NCBI GenBank assembly: GCA_002369235.1
Contig: DFFF01000019.1
Location: 8,628 to 57,144 of the forward strand
DNA from: Verrucomicrobia bacterium UBA3783
GTDB lineage: Bacteria; Verrucomicrobiota; Kiritimatiellia; RFP12; UBA1067
DNA length: 48,517 nucleotides
Reading direction: 5' to 3'
Part shown: positions 33,643 to 43,778 of the stretch, piece after piece
Numbering within the stretch: the first letter of the stretch is position 1
How the letters are laid out: each line of letters begins with the position of its first letter
Translations under genes and position numbers: made by a program
The notes under the pieces: model-generated
The model's database searches: none
What the model saw: the letters and a program-made list of their open reading frames with translations, nothing else
What the model was told of the DNA's origin: nothing

Positions 33643-34835
33643 GTGCGCACGACTCCGTCGCCGGTTATGTTGTACTTGTAAGTGGTAAGCTCTTCGAGCC
33701 CCATGGGTCCGCGAGCATGGAGCTTGTCGGTGGAAATCCCGATTTCCGCCCCCATGCCGAACTCCGCGCCGTCGGTGAAGCGCGTGGAGACATTGTGGTA
33801 GACGCATGCGGAATCCACGTCACGCAGGAATTCGGCCGCTTTCTGCGCATTGTCCGTAATAATGCAATCGCTGTGGCGGGAAGAATTGGCGTTGATGAAC
33901 GCGATTGCGTCGCGCCAATCCTTCACCTTGCCTACCGACATCTCGAGCCCCAGATATTCGGTGCCGAAATTGCCGTCGTGAAGCGTGACGCCATTATCCT
34001 CCGCCCAGGCGTCGAGCATCGGACGGAACAGCGGATAGAGTTTTTCGTGCACGATCACACACTCGACGGCATTGCAGGCGCTCGGACGCTGACGCTTGGC
34101 GTTGTCGATTATCGCGAGCGCCATGGCGAGATCCGCCTCGTCGTCCACATAAATGTGGCACACGCCCTTGCAGTGCTTCAGGACCGGGATGAGCGCGGCC
34201 TCGCACATTGCGCGGATGAGCCGCTCGCCGCCGCGAGGAATGGCAACATCCACCAGCCCGGTGGCGCGGACGAGTTCCGTCACCGCCTCATGGCCGGGAC
34301 GATCGACGAACTGTACGGCGTCCGGGCATTTTCCGCCCAATGCTTCGCGAACCGCCGCCGCAAGCGCCGCATTGGAGCGGAGCGCTTCCTTGCCGCCGCG
34401 CAGAATAATCGCATTGCCTGTTTTGAGGCACAAGGCGGCAGTATCGACAAAGACATTGGGGCGAGACTCAAAGACAACCGCGACAACGCCAAACGGCTCG
34501 CGGACCTTGCGGATCGTAATGCCGCTGGGGCGCTCGCGCGTCCAAAGGATTTCGCCCACGGGATCCGGGAGCGTCGCGACATGGCGGACGCCATCGACCA
34601 TCGCCGCAAACCTCGAGGGGGTGAGCGAAAGGCGGTCTACCATCGCCGCAGAAATCCCCGCCGCCTTGGCGGCTTCCACATCTTCGCGGTTTGCCGCCGC
34701 GATTTCATCCTTGCGCATCTCAAGGACTTCGGCGATTCGCATGAGCAGAGAGTTCTTCTCCGCAGTGGAAAGTTGGCGCAGACTTGCCGCGGCATTTCGT
34801 GCGCACCGCGCCATTGAGACAATGTATTCGTGCAT
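33639..34835 (-). CDS. proA: Gamma-glutamyl phosphate reductase
   Basis: Start MHEYIVS; FESRPNV, LRGGKEA, PRGG, SACNAVE, STRFTDG, HARGPMG. Confidence 0.96.
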   Translation of the reverse strand: MHEYIVSMARCARNAAASLRQLSTAEKNSLLMRIAEVLEMRKDEIAAANREDVEAAKAAGISAAMVDRLSLTPSRFAAMVDGVRHVATLPDPVGEILWTRERPSGITIRKVREPFGVVAVVFESRPNVFVDTAALCLKTGNAIILRGGKEALRSNAALAAAVREALGGKCPDAVQFVDRPGHEAVTELVRATGLVDVAIPRGGERLIRAMCEAALIPVLKHCKGVCHIYVDDEADLAMALAIIDNAKRQRPSACNAVECVIVHEKLYPLFRPMLDAWAEDNGVTLHDGNFGTEYLGLEMSVGKVKDWRDAIAFINANSSRHSDCIITDNAQKAAEFLRDVDSACVYHNVSTRFTDGAEFGMGAEIGISTDKLHARGPMGLEELTTYKYNITGDGVVRT

Positions 34836-35920
34836 CACTTGCGCCTCAAGACGATAACGCTCACTACCGGCGGATTGAAGAAGCGGATCGGAAATCCCGC
34901 CCATTGACCGGAACCGGGCGATACGTAAAGATGTCCGGCGGCGATTTCATAAAGCCCGCGCACGAAACCGCCGTTGGAATGCGCGATTAGCCGGTCGAGC
35001 ACCGGAGCGACTCCGCCGTGGGTATGGCCGGAGAGCTGCAGGTCGCAGAAGTCGAGCTCGAGATTGTTCGTGCCGTTGGTTTTGGGACGATGCTGAAGCA
35101 GGATGCGAAACTCGCCGTTCGTGGCCGAGGAGAATAGATTGCGCGCACTGGGAATGTTCAGCGGCTCGTATATCTTGACCGAAGGATCGTCGATGCCGCC
35201 GAGAACCAGCCCTTCGCGCGGCACGACCGTTTCGCCGCGCAAAAAGCGTATTCCCATTTCATCGTAGCAGCGTTTCCACTCGAGCCAGGGATAATAGAAT
35301 TCGTGGTTGCCGGTGCAGAAGAAAACGCCGTCCGGCGCGGCGAGATTCTTCAGCGGCTCGACATCGCGCAAAAGCTGATCTGGAGCGCCATCCACAATAT
35401 CGCCAGTCATGACAATTAGATCGGCGCGAAGACTGTTCGCGGTCTCGACCACCGCCTCGGTGCGCCAGGCGCGCGCCGCGCCGGAAACATGGATATCGGA
35501 AATCTGCACGATGCGGTAGCCATCGAGCGCGGCGGGGATTTTCGCGCTCGCCACCTCCACTTCCTCGACCACGGGATCCTTGATGCCGCCATATACGCCA
35601 TAGGCGGCGATTCCCCACGCGAGCAGCGGCAAGACGAGCGCCTTGAAGCGGAATCTGAAGAAAAACGAAACAAAACCCAAAGCAAACAAAATCATCAGAC
35701 CGGAGTAAAGCCAATTCAAAATCCAAATCGCCTTTTCCGGGAGTTCCGGCGAGAAAGCATCGCCGCCAAGCTCCTGGAAAAGCAGAAACTTGGATGCGCA
35801 CGCGAGCAGCGCAATCATCCAAACCGCCTGCCCGCGAGCCTTGAAATCGCACCTGAGCACGAAAACGAGATAAGTGAAGAACGCTACCGCAAAAGGAAAA
35901 TAGACAAAAAATGTTTTCAT
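34835..35920 (-). CDS. Membrane-anchored metallophosphoesterase (YkuE-like)
   Basis: N-terminal TM helices; SDIH, GDIVD, GNHE, SGHTHGG. Confidence 0.9.
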   Translation of the reverse strand: MKTFFVYFPFAVAFFTYLVFVLRCDFKARGQAVWMIALLACASKFLLFQELGGDAFSPELPEKAIWILNWLYSGLMILFALGFVSFFFRFRFKALVLPLLAWGIAAYGVYGGIKDPVVEEVEVASAKIPAALDGYRIVQISDIHVSGAARAWRTEAVVETANSLRADLIVMTGDIVDGAPDQLLRDVEPLKNLAAPDGVFFCTGNHEFYYPWLEWKRCYDEMGIRFLRGETVVPREGLVLGGIDDPSVKIYEPLNIPSARNLFSSATNGEFRILLQHRPKTNGTNNLELDFCDLQLSGHTHGGVAPVLDRLIAHSNGGFVRGLYEIAAGHLYVSPGSGQWAGFPIRFFNPPVVSVIVLRRK

Positions 35921-35932
35921 GCCGCCGCCTTT

Positions 35933-37297
35933 TTACCTGCCAACCGCAAGCACCCTGAAGCCAAGCGATCTAAGCGCCGCGTCGTCAAGGCAATTGCGCG
36001 TATCGAACACCAATGCCGGCTTGCGCATCGATTCGTAGATGCGCTTCCAGTCGAGCGCGGCATACTCGCTCCAGTCCGTCAAAACCAAAACCGCATCGGC
36101 TCCAGCGGCGGCGGCGTAGGGATCCTCCACCCACTCGATGCCATCGAGACCGGCGAGATCCCGTTTGCCGTTTTCGATCGCCTTGGGGTCGGTTATCGCA
36201 AGACGGACATGCTCCCCTGCGAGAAGCCTCGCAACCGCTCCGGCGGGAGTCTCGCGCGTATCGCCGGTGTTCGCCTTGAACGCGAAACCGAACATCGCGA
36301 TCTTCTTGCCGGCGAGCGTATTGAACATGGATGTGAAGAGCCGGTTCACAATCCGCTCGTGCTGATGCTCGTTCACCCTGATGACTCCCATCCAATACTC
36401 CGCCGCAGTATGAAGCCCGAACGACTCGCACAGATAAACGAGATTGAGGACGTCTTTCTTGAAACAGCTGCCGCCGAATCCAGGACCGGCCTTGAGGAAT
36501 TTGGCGCCGATGCGGCTGTCGGCACCGATGACGCGGGCGACTTCGCCGATGTTGGCGCCGGTCGCCTCGCAAAGTCCGGCAAGCGCATTGATGGAGCTCA
36601 CGCGCTGGGCGAGCATCGCATTGGCGGCAAGCTTGGAGAGCTCGGCCGACCACACATTCGTCGTCAATATCTTTTCGCGCCTTACCCATGCGCCGTTTGT
36701 TCCGGCGTAGATTTCCGCGAGCGCCGCGACCGCCGCCCTTCCCGCCTCGTCGTCCGGCCCGCCGATCAATACGCGATCAGGTTCGAGCAAATCCTTGATC
36801 GCCGACCCCTCGGCCAGAAATTCCGGATTCGAAAGAACCGTAAATCTGTATTTCGCATGATCGTTCAAAATCGCTTCCATGGCCGCCGCGGTGCGGACGG
36901 GCAGCGTTGATTTCTCCACGACAATCTTGTCTCCGTCCGCGTATTCCTTGATCGTCCGCGCAGTGGCTTCCCAGAACTGCAAATCGCTAGCCCGCCCCAT
37001 CCCGCGCCCGAACATTTTGGTCGGGGTGTTGACGCCGACGAACACAATATCGCACTCTTTCACCGCGCCTGCGATATCGGTAGAGAAAAAGAGATTCCGT
37101 CCACGGACTTCTCTGACTACTTCCTCCAGTCCCGGTTCGTAGACCGGCAAATTGAAGTCCGCCGAATTCCAGGCCGCAATCCGGTCTGCATTGATATCGA
37201 CGACTATCACCTTGCGGTCTGGATTCATTTTGGCGATTACCGCCATCGTAGGTCCGCCGATGTATCCCGCTCCGATGCAAACGATATTCCTGTTCAT
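35933..37297 (-). CDS. ugd: UDP-glucose 6-dehydrogenase
   Basis: Start MNRNIVCIGAGYIGGPT; VNTPT, EKST, NPEFLAEG, GFGGSCFKKD, AFKANTGDTRE. Confidence 0.93.
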   Translation of the reverse strand: MNRNIVCIGAGYIGGPTMAVIAKMNPDRKVIVVDINADRIAAWNSADFNLPVYEPGLEEVVREVRGRNLFFSTDIAGAVKECDIVFVGVNTPTKMFGRGMGRASDLQFWEATARTIKEYADGDKIVVEKSTLPVRTAAAMEAILNDHAKYRFTVLSNPEFLAEGSAIKDLLEPDRVLIGGPDDEAGRAAVAALAEIYAGTNGAWVRREKILTTNVWSAELSKLAANAMLAQRVSSINALAGLCEATGANIGEVARVIGADSRIGAKFLKAGPGFGGSCFKKDVLNLVYLCESFGLHTAAEYWMGVIRVNEHQHERIVNRLFTSMFNTLAGKKIAMFGFAFKANTGDTRETPAGAVARLLAGEHVRLAITDPKAIENGKRDLAGLDGIEWVEDPYAAAAGADAVLVLTDWSEYAALDWKRIYESMRKPALVFDTRNCLDDAALRSLGFRVLAVGR

Positions 37298-37317
37298 GCC
37301 AGCTCCGTTGGGACGTC

Positions 37318-37989
37318 TCAAACCTTTGAAAAAAGCGCCTTGTATATCTTCACGGAATCGACAAGCGGACGGAAGTGGCTTGTGCGATTGCTCGCGATGT
37401 AGATGGTATCGATCGGAACCTGTTCGAGCGGCTCCTTGAGCTTTTTGAGCAGCGGAAACATTCTCACCTCATACTCGAAACGCTCGCCCGCAAGCGCGAT
37501 CATCGCGTCCCAGAGCCGGCGCGGAACGCATCTGAGGCCGGTTTGCGTGTCGCCAATCCGGCAGCCGAAGAAAATGCGCATTACGCCGCTGGTCCAGATA
37601 TTGCCGAATCTGCTTCTGAAAGGAATTCCCTTTCTGAAGAAATCGCGCACCCCGAAGACGACGCTGTCCGTCTCTGCGGCGCGTACGCAGACCTTCGCCA
37701 CGTCCTCCACCACATGCTGCCCGTCGCCATCGCAGAAGACCGCGAAGTCGCATGCCGTGTTCGCCTTCAGCCATTCGAGCGCGGTCTTGATCGCCCGGCC
37801 CTTGCCGCGGTTGACGCCATGGTGCAAAATCCTTACCGCCGGCGGCAACTCCTCGAAGCGATGCAAATCTTCAGTGGAACCGTCGTCGACCACAACCACC
37901 GTGCCGAATCCTCGCGCGAGCAGTTCTTCGCAGAGCCGTTTGAGCCCTGGCTCCGGATTGTACACGGGAATTGCGACCGCGGTGTTCAT
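37318..37989 (-). CDS. Glycosyltransferase family 2 protein
   Basis: Start MNTAVAIPVYNP; VVDDGS, NRGKG, DGDGQH, DTQTGLR. Confidence 0.92.
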   Translation of the reverse strand: MNTAVAIPVYNPEPGLKRLCEELLARGFGTVVVVDDGSTEDLHRFEELPPAVRILHHGVNRGKGRAIKTALEWLKANTACDFAVFCDGDGQHVVEDVAKVCVRAAETDSVVFGVRDFFRKGIPFRSRFGNIWTSGVMRIFFGCRIGDTQTGLRCVPRRLWDAMIALAGERFEYEVRMFPLLKKLKEPLEQVPIDTIYIASNRTSHFRPLVDSVKIYKALFSKV

Positions 37990-40900
37990 TTCGCCTTGCG
38001 CACCGAGATCGTACGGTTGGCGCGGCTCGAACCGATGCGCGACCAATCCTTCAGAAGACTGTAATAATTCTTGTCAAGCTTGGTCTCCACGTGACCCCAC
38101 TCTTCGCGCCAGACATTGACTACGAGACGCCCGTCCTTCATTTCCGTCGTCACGAAATTCTCGTACCACACTCCCGTCCCCGTTTCGGGGTCGGAGAATC
38201 TGTACGGCGAAGGCAGGCACTCCGGAACCGTGTAGCCTTCAGGGAATTCGAATGAATAGACGATCGTGGCGCGGCCGTGCGCCGGCACGCCGATTGGATT
38301 GAACCGCGCCGGCTCGCTGAGCGGGAAGATCTGGGCGTCAAAGTCCGGGATCGCAACGGTGATCGCATCACCGTCCACCGTCGCATAGTCGGGAACATGG
38401 CAGCTGAAACTCTTAACCGCAGGGTAGTTAGTAGTATCGGTCACGAGCGGCGCGGTTGAGGTCGCAGCGCTCGAAAGCGAAGAAAGGATTGTCTGATAAT
38501 GGCGCTTGCGGTCGTCCGGAAGCATTTCCTCGAATTGCTTGCGGAACGCTCCTACGGCAGTGCCCGCGACCTTGCTCTCCACCGTCATGTCCACCGAGCC
38601 GTCGGGATTGATCTTCATCTTGTTGGAATACGATGTCCAGCCGCTGTATGCCGCCATTCCGGTAATCGTGCAGAAGGTATTGTCGGCCGGATTGAAGAAT
38701 GTCGAACCATCGTATGTCGCCGCGCCGATCGGCGTCCACTCGTTTTCAAAGGCGATGTAGACAACCTCAAGATTCCGGTCGCACAGTCCGAGCGTGAGGA
38801 TCTTCTTCCACATTGGCGTTTTGTCGAATGTCACCAACGCCACAGGTACATTGAAACGCCCCACATCAGGATACTCGAATTTGTGGCGATGCTTCTGCGC
38901 CTCGGACTTGGCGCCGTTCACGGTCGCAAAGACGATGTCCGCCTCAAAACCCGCGCCGCGCAGGAGCGCAATCATCGTGCGGATGTAGTCCAAACGGTTG
39001 GCATAACCTTCCTTGATCACGATTTCCGGGGCGGTGAGTTCTGCGGCGAGCGGGATTTCATACATCTCAGGACCGATCACGCGCACGTTCTTCACCATCC
39101 AGTTGCGGATCGACTCCACCGTCTCTCCTGCCGCCTCGAACTCGAACGGATCTATCTCCAAGGCCGGCGCGAGGGTCGCGCATTGGCGCGTGAAACTGTT
39201 CGACGAAATCGTGACCACATCGCGCCACAGCGTGCCGTCCGCAAGCATCGGCTCGCGCACGAAACGCTTCGGGTTCACGACGCGGCGCTCCCAATCGCCG
39301 CAGCGCACATAGAGTTCGTCGACCGGATCGGCGGCATCGAAGTACCACTCGCCGTAGTACTCGACCGGCGAATTCTCCACCGTCGTCACCGTGGTGTAGT
39401 AGATAGTGGATCCTATTTCGACCGACGGCAGATTCACGACCATGGTCTTCGTCGCGGGATAGCGCGGCGCCTCCGCGGCCCAAGAGACGTCCATGACATT
39501 GATTTCCTTGTCCTTGTCCAGCCAGGCGACGCTCCCGTTGCGGTTGGATACGCAAGCCGAAATTACCTCGATGTTCTTCCATGAAGGATTGTACACGAAC
39601 TGAAGTTCGGAGCTCGACTTCTTGCCGTTGTAGGTGAGAATTTCCTTGACGCAAGTATTCGTCGTCACCCAGCTGCGATCGCCGGTGAAGGTGGTCTCCT
39701 CGGAGATGTAGCGATAGCGGACGTTGGCGTCATAGATGCGGTTTTTGCCGAAGATCACCCGATCGCGCAACGATGCCTCGATCTGCTTCTGAACCTCGCG
39801 TATGCGGCCGTATTCCTCGGGCGAGAACTCCACCTTGCCGATCGACATCTTGGTATCGGCGACGATCATGTCGCCTTCGCAATGGAATTTGCGGGAATAC
39901 TCGTACGGTTCCTCGATCGCAATTGGTTCGGGGAAGTTTTCGACATCGCCCAGCACTCCCGCAATCTGCACCGAGACATGCTCCTCCACAGAAGCCGTCG
40001 TATCGATCACCAGCGGATACCGGCGCTTCTCGAGTCCTATGCGCCCGTTCAGCAGCCAATTGACCGTACCGAAACTGCGCGAAAATAGCGGCAGCGAAAG
40101 TTCGTTGCGCGTTTCGCCGCGAATCACCATATCCGGGATGCGCGCGACGATCTCCACCGTCAAGGGCACGCTCGTATCCTGCAGATCCGCCGGCGAAATC
40201 TCGCACTTCATCATCTCGGCGCCGGGATAGCGGTCGCGGAAAATGCGCTGGAAGAGATTTTGCTGCTCCGTCCTGTTCTTGCGCACGAGTCCGGAGCGGA
40301 AGGCATTGTCGTTGATTCCGTTGAAGGCGATTTTCGTGTCGAGCAAAATCGCGCCGCTCGACTCCAAAAGACCGTGCGACTCGATCACCAGCGAATTCTC
40401 TCTGGGCGAGACGACCGGCGAAGTGCGCAGGGGATCGCCCTCCGGCGTGGCGATGAGGTAGCTTTTGTCGGAAAGATAGCTGGGCATCAAATCGCGGCTC
40501 GACTCGTCGGTCGGATCCATGAGAATGATCTCGCCGTCTTTCTTGACCGCGACGATCGCGTGGTTGAAATAGGGCATAGGAACATCCGGATCCTGCTTGG
40601 CGCCATTGTGGATCAGGACTGGATAGGCCTCGAATCCGGCGATGCGGAGCATGGCGACGAGAAGCCCGGCCTTGTCGCGGCACACGCCATAGCGATTGTT
40701 GAATGTGATGTCGATATCGTGCGGCGCATAGCCCGGACTCTTGTCTTCCATCGTTAGGCCCATGTAGCGGATCTCCTGCGCGACCCACTTGTAGAGCTTG
40801 GCGATATCATGCCCGACTTCATCCACCTTGTTGGTCATGGCTTCGGTCGTCTTGGCGAGGTGCGGTGCCGAAATCTCCCAATACCAGCGCGAAATCTCCT

Positions 40901-42653
40901 CCCAGCTCTCCGCCGTGGAGTAGTGGATTCTCTCGACTTGCGTATACATCGGGGGCATGTCCGGGTCTGCATACGTCTTCTGCGCGGCATAAGCTGTGGT
41001 CCATTTGTAGATTATGCGCCCGTCCTTCTCTTCCTTCGCGAATACGAGATGATCCTTCAAGGCGTCGCGCACCATGATTTTCTTTAGCGGACGTTCCTGC
41101 GGCGCGTCCACTATAATCGTGGTATCGAGTATCGGACACTCCCACTCGGTGATGGAGATGCTGGCAAACTGGTTCTCGATGCGGCTTTTGACGATCGTGC
41201 GGCGATATTTGAGATGGATGATATCGCCAATCTTCACATCTGGAATGCTGCAAACGAGCTTTCTGGACATGGAGTCGTAGATATTATCAGCCATCGACGA
41301 ATTGTCGCTAGCCTCCTTCATCGTCTTGCGGAAATCGATATCGCGCTCCACGCCGTCGCTGCCGGTCACGCCGACATAGAGGATTTCCGCGTCGCCGTAG
41401 CGCAAATTGTAGCTTATCGAAATTATACTCTCTTCGCGCCGGCCTTTTTCGGTAAGGACTTTCACATAAGTCTCAATTTCCGTCGTGAAGGTTCCATCGG
41501 GATTGTAGCGGGTGTACTCGATCTGATTGGTCACCACGGCATCGGTATCGGGGTATGTCTCCGTGGTGATGTCATCAGCACGAACTGCCGTCGCGAAGAG
41601 CGCGGCGAGCATTATTATCGTCATTGGCTTCATTTTTCTCCTGGTTTGTAGTGCAAAAACACCTATTACAATCAATATTGATATGATATTATACCGAAAA
41701 ATGGAGAAATTTGCAAATGAAATCAGCGCACAAATCATCATCGCCATCGATGCCGGCTTGAGTCCGGACATTATTCCAGCCAATGTTTTAGAGGTTTTAA
41801 ACCGTTCCATCGCCCCCAAAACCGCCAAAAGCAGAATATAGCTCGGCATCAGCAGTGCGACCGTCGCGACCCCAGCGCCCAGAATTCCGCCCATGCGATA
41901 GCCGAAGAATGTCGCGCAATTTACGGAGATTGGTCCAGGAGTCATCTGGGTAAGAGCCATGATATTGCCGAATTCATCGGCGGCGATTTGCAGATATGGC
42001 GCGGCCGGTCCCACAAAGTCCGCCATGTAGAATGGCACCAACACATATCCGCCGCCGAACGCCGCCGTGCCGTATTTGAGGAAGAGCAGGATGATTGCCG
42101 GGATCGTGCTCGACTTGAAGGTCCCGATCGCACACTGCCGCCCCAGACCGCAAAGCGCCGCCGCCATAAGCACGAACACCGGATCGACAACGTGCAAAAC
42201 GAGGATCGAGGCGCACGCAATCACGGTCGCATAGCCAAACACACCGCGGACGCTCGCATCCCAGCCGCGCCAGATCACGGCGGCGATGATGCCGGTCAAT
42301 GCCGCCCTGAGCCCCGTGAAGCAACTCTCCAGCCATGGATTTCCAAGTGGAATTGCGGCATAGCCCATGGAAACTGCGAGGAAGATCGCAAGGCTCGGAA
42401 GAATCACTCCGCAAAGCGCCACCGCCGCGCCCGTCTTGCCTGCGACCTTGTTCCCCACATAGATTGCAGTATTTCCGGCGATAAGCCCCGGCACCATCTG
42501 GAAAACCGGCAAAGCCCCGATAAGTTCGCCTTCTTCAGTCCATCCAAGCCGCGAACATACATCATCCGCCACCGAAATGATCGCAAAACCGCCGCCGACA
42601 ACGAAGAGCGAAATCTTGAAAAATTCCCAAAAGAGCCTAAGCAATTTTCTCAT
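37986..42653 (-). CDS. Fusion of a chromate-ion transporter (CHR, two repeats) with a DUF3857/transglutaminase-like double module
   Basis: Start MRKLLRLF. CHR motifs FFKISLFVVGGG, QMVPG, FGGG and QMTPGP; then GYAPH...YGVCRDKA..LVAML...FNHAI...MDPT. One uninterrupted frame. Confidence 0.85.
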   Translation of the reverse strand: MRKLLRLFWEFFKISLFVVGGGFAIISVADDVCSRLGWTEEGELIGALPVFQMVPGLIAGNTAIYVGNKVAGKTGAAVALCGVILPSLAIFLAVSMGYAAIPLGNPWLESCFTGLRAALTGIIAAVIWRGWDASVRGVFGYATVIACASILVLHVVDPVFVLMAAALCGLGRQCAIGTFKSSTIPAIILLFLKYGTAAFGGGYVLVPFYMADFVGPAAPYLQIAADEFGNIMALTQMTPGPISVNCATFFGYRMGGILGAGVATVALLMPSYILLLAVLGAMERFKTSKTLAGIMSGLKPASMAMMICALISFANFSIFRYNIISILIVIGVFALQTRRKMKPMTIIMLAALFATAVRADDITTETYPDTDAVVTNQIEYTRYNPDGTFTTEIETYVKVLTEKGRREESIISISYNLRYGDAEILYVGVTGSDGVERDIDFRKTMKEASDNSSMADNIYDSMSRKLVCSIPDVKIGDIIHLKYRRTIVKSRIENQFASISITEWECPILDTTIIVDAPQERPLKKIMVRDALKDHLVFAKEEKDGRIIYKWTTAYAAQKTYADPDMPPMYTQVERIHYSTAESWEEISRWYWEISAPHLAKTTEAMTNKVDEVGHDIAKLYKWVAQEIRYMGLTMEDKSPGYAPHDIDITFNNRYGVCRDKAGLLVAMLRIAGFEAYPVLIHNGAKQDPDVPMPYFNHAIVAVKKDGEIILMDPTDESSRDLMPSYLSDKSYLIATPEGDPLRTSPVVSPRENSLVIESHGLLESSGAILLDTKIAFNGINDNAFRSGLVRKNRTEQQNLFQRIFRDRYPGAEMMKCEISPADLQDTSVPLTVEIVARIPDMVIRGETRNELSLPLFSRSFGTVNWLLNGRIGLEKRRYPLVIDTTASVEEHVSVQIAGVLGDVENFPEPIAIEEPYEYSRKFHCEGDMIVADTKMSIGKVEFSPEEYGRIREVQKQIEASLRDRVIFGKNRIYDANVRYRYISEETTFTGDRSWVTTNTCVKEILTYNGKKSSSELQFVYNPSWKNIEVISACVSNRNGSVAWLDKDKEINVMDVSWAAEAPRYPATKTMVVNLPSVEIGSTIYYTTVTTVENSPVEYYGEWYFDAADPVDELYVRCGDWERRVVNPKRFVREPMLADGTLWRDVVTISSNSFTRQCATLAPALEIDPFEFEAAGETVESIRNWMVKNVRVIGPEMYEIPLAAELTAPEIVIKEGYANRLDYIRTMIALLRGAGFEADIVFATVNGAKSEAQKHRHKFEYPDVGRFNVPVALVTFDKTPMWKKILTLGLCDRNLEVVYIAFENEWTPIGAATYDGSTFFNPADNTFCTITGMAAYSGWTSYSNKMKINPDGSVDMTVESKVAGTAVGAFRKQFEEMLPDDRKRHYQTILSSLSSAATSTAPLVTDTTNYPAVKSFSCHVPDYATVDGDAITVAIPDFDAQIFPLSEPARFNPIGVPAHGRATIVYSFEFPEGYTVPECLPSPYRFSDPETGTGVWYENFVTTEMKDGRLVVNVWREEWGHVETKLDKNYYSLLKDWSRIGSSRANRTISVRKAK
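41688..41716 (-). promoter_or_regulatory. Intragenic sigma70-type promoter inside the CHR coding region
   Basis: TTGCAA-17 nt-TATAAT in a locally AT-rich patch; AGGAG at 41638-41642 precedes the in-frame ATG at 41633. Confidence 0.6.
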
Positions 42654-43065
42654 ACAACATCCCGCACGCCAGCGCATCGTAAAGTCCATCGTGCCAAGTC
42701 CTTCCCTCGAACACCGGAACACATCCAAACATCATGCATAAATCGCCTAACGCATGGCTCGCAAGCTTTGGATACCTTTTCTTGGCGATTTTCAAAGTGT
42801 CTATCCACGGTCCCCAGGGCGTAATCGGCGCGAGGCGCGTCAAAATCGTCTTTTCGCAGGCGATGTTGTGCGCAATTAGCGTCTTTCCGGCAAGAAAGCC
42901 GTAAATTTCTTCCCAATATGCCATCAACCCGCCGCTCTCGAAACGCCAATCGTGCATTTCGCCGGGCGCAGCCTTGCCGCTTTCATCATACTCGAACGCC
43001 ACCGCTCCGAGCTGCCACGGCCGACCTTGGTCGTCGGTCTCGAAATCTATCGCAACTGCGTCCAT
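42637..43065 (-). CDS. Small DEDDh 3'-5' exonuclease (DnaQ-like)
   Basis: AIDFET, IAHN, WIDTL, HDGLYDA. Confidence 0.85.
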   Translation of the reverse strand: MDAVAIDFETDDQGRPWQLGAVAFEYDESGKAAPGEMHDWRFESGGLMAYWEEIYGFLAGKTLIAHNIACEKTILTRLAPITPWGPWIDTLKIAKKRYPKLASHALGDLCMMFGCVPVFEGRTWHDGLYDALACGMLYEKIA

Positions 43066-43757
43066 ACCTTGATTGCCTGCGCCGTCTCCCTGACATCATG
43101 CACCCGCACGATGCTCGCACCGCTTGCCGCCGCGAAAAGCGCAATCGCCAAATTGCCGCCCAGATTTTTGCCGGTCACCTTTTCTCCCGTCAATTTCTTT
43201 ACTATCCGCTTGCGGCTGGCGCCAACCAAAACCCGTCCGATCTTCGCAAGTTCGCCTACCGACTTCAACAATTCCAAATCCTCTTCCCGCGTCGTTCCAA
43301 ATCCTATCATCGGATCAAGATAAACTCTCGTGCGCAAATCTCCTGGCGCCAGCGCATCAAGGTTGTCGCCAGGACGGAACGGAATGACTATCTCCGCTTG
43401 CGGATGATCCCTCAAAAGCGCGAACATCTTGTCCAGCGGCTCCCTGAAAACGCAGTTCACCATCTTCGCTCCAGCGGCGAGTGCGCGTTCCGCCGTCTCT
43501 GGATGATACGTATCCACGCTCACCGACGCCTTTGGCGCGAGCGCCAGCACCACCTCGCCGATCCGCCGCCATTCCTCTTCCCACCCGATGGGCGTCGCAT
43601 CAGGACGTGTGCTCTCTCCGCCGATGTCGATTATGTCCGCGCCCTCGCCAATTAGATTCTTCGCCCTTCTGATCGCCTCTTCCGGTTCGTAAAACCTGCC
43701 GCCGTCGGAAAACGAATCCGGCGTCACATTTACGATTCCCATTATCCTGCAATCCAT
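43047..43757 (-). CDS. folP: Dihydropteroate synthase
   Basis: MGIVNVTPDSFSDGG, DIGGESTRP, SVDT, GASRK, RVHDV. Confidence 0.96.
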   Translation of the reverse strand: MDCRIMGIVNVTPDSFSDGGRFYEPEEAIRRAKNLIGEGADIIDIGGESTRPDATPIGWEEEWRRIGEVVLALAPKASVSVDTYHPETAERALAAGAKMVNCVFREPLDKMFALLRDHPQAEIVIPFRPGDNLDALAPGDLRTRVYLDPMIGFGTTREEDLELLKSVGELAKIGRVLVGASRKRIVKKLTGEKVTGKNLGGNLAIALFAAASGASIVRVHDVRETAQAIKVWTQLR

Positions 43758-43778
43758 TCCCTCTCCCCTCTTTCTCCT

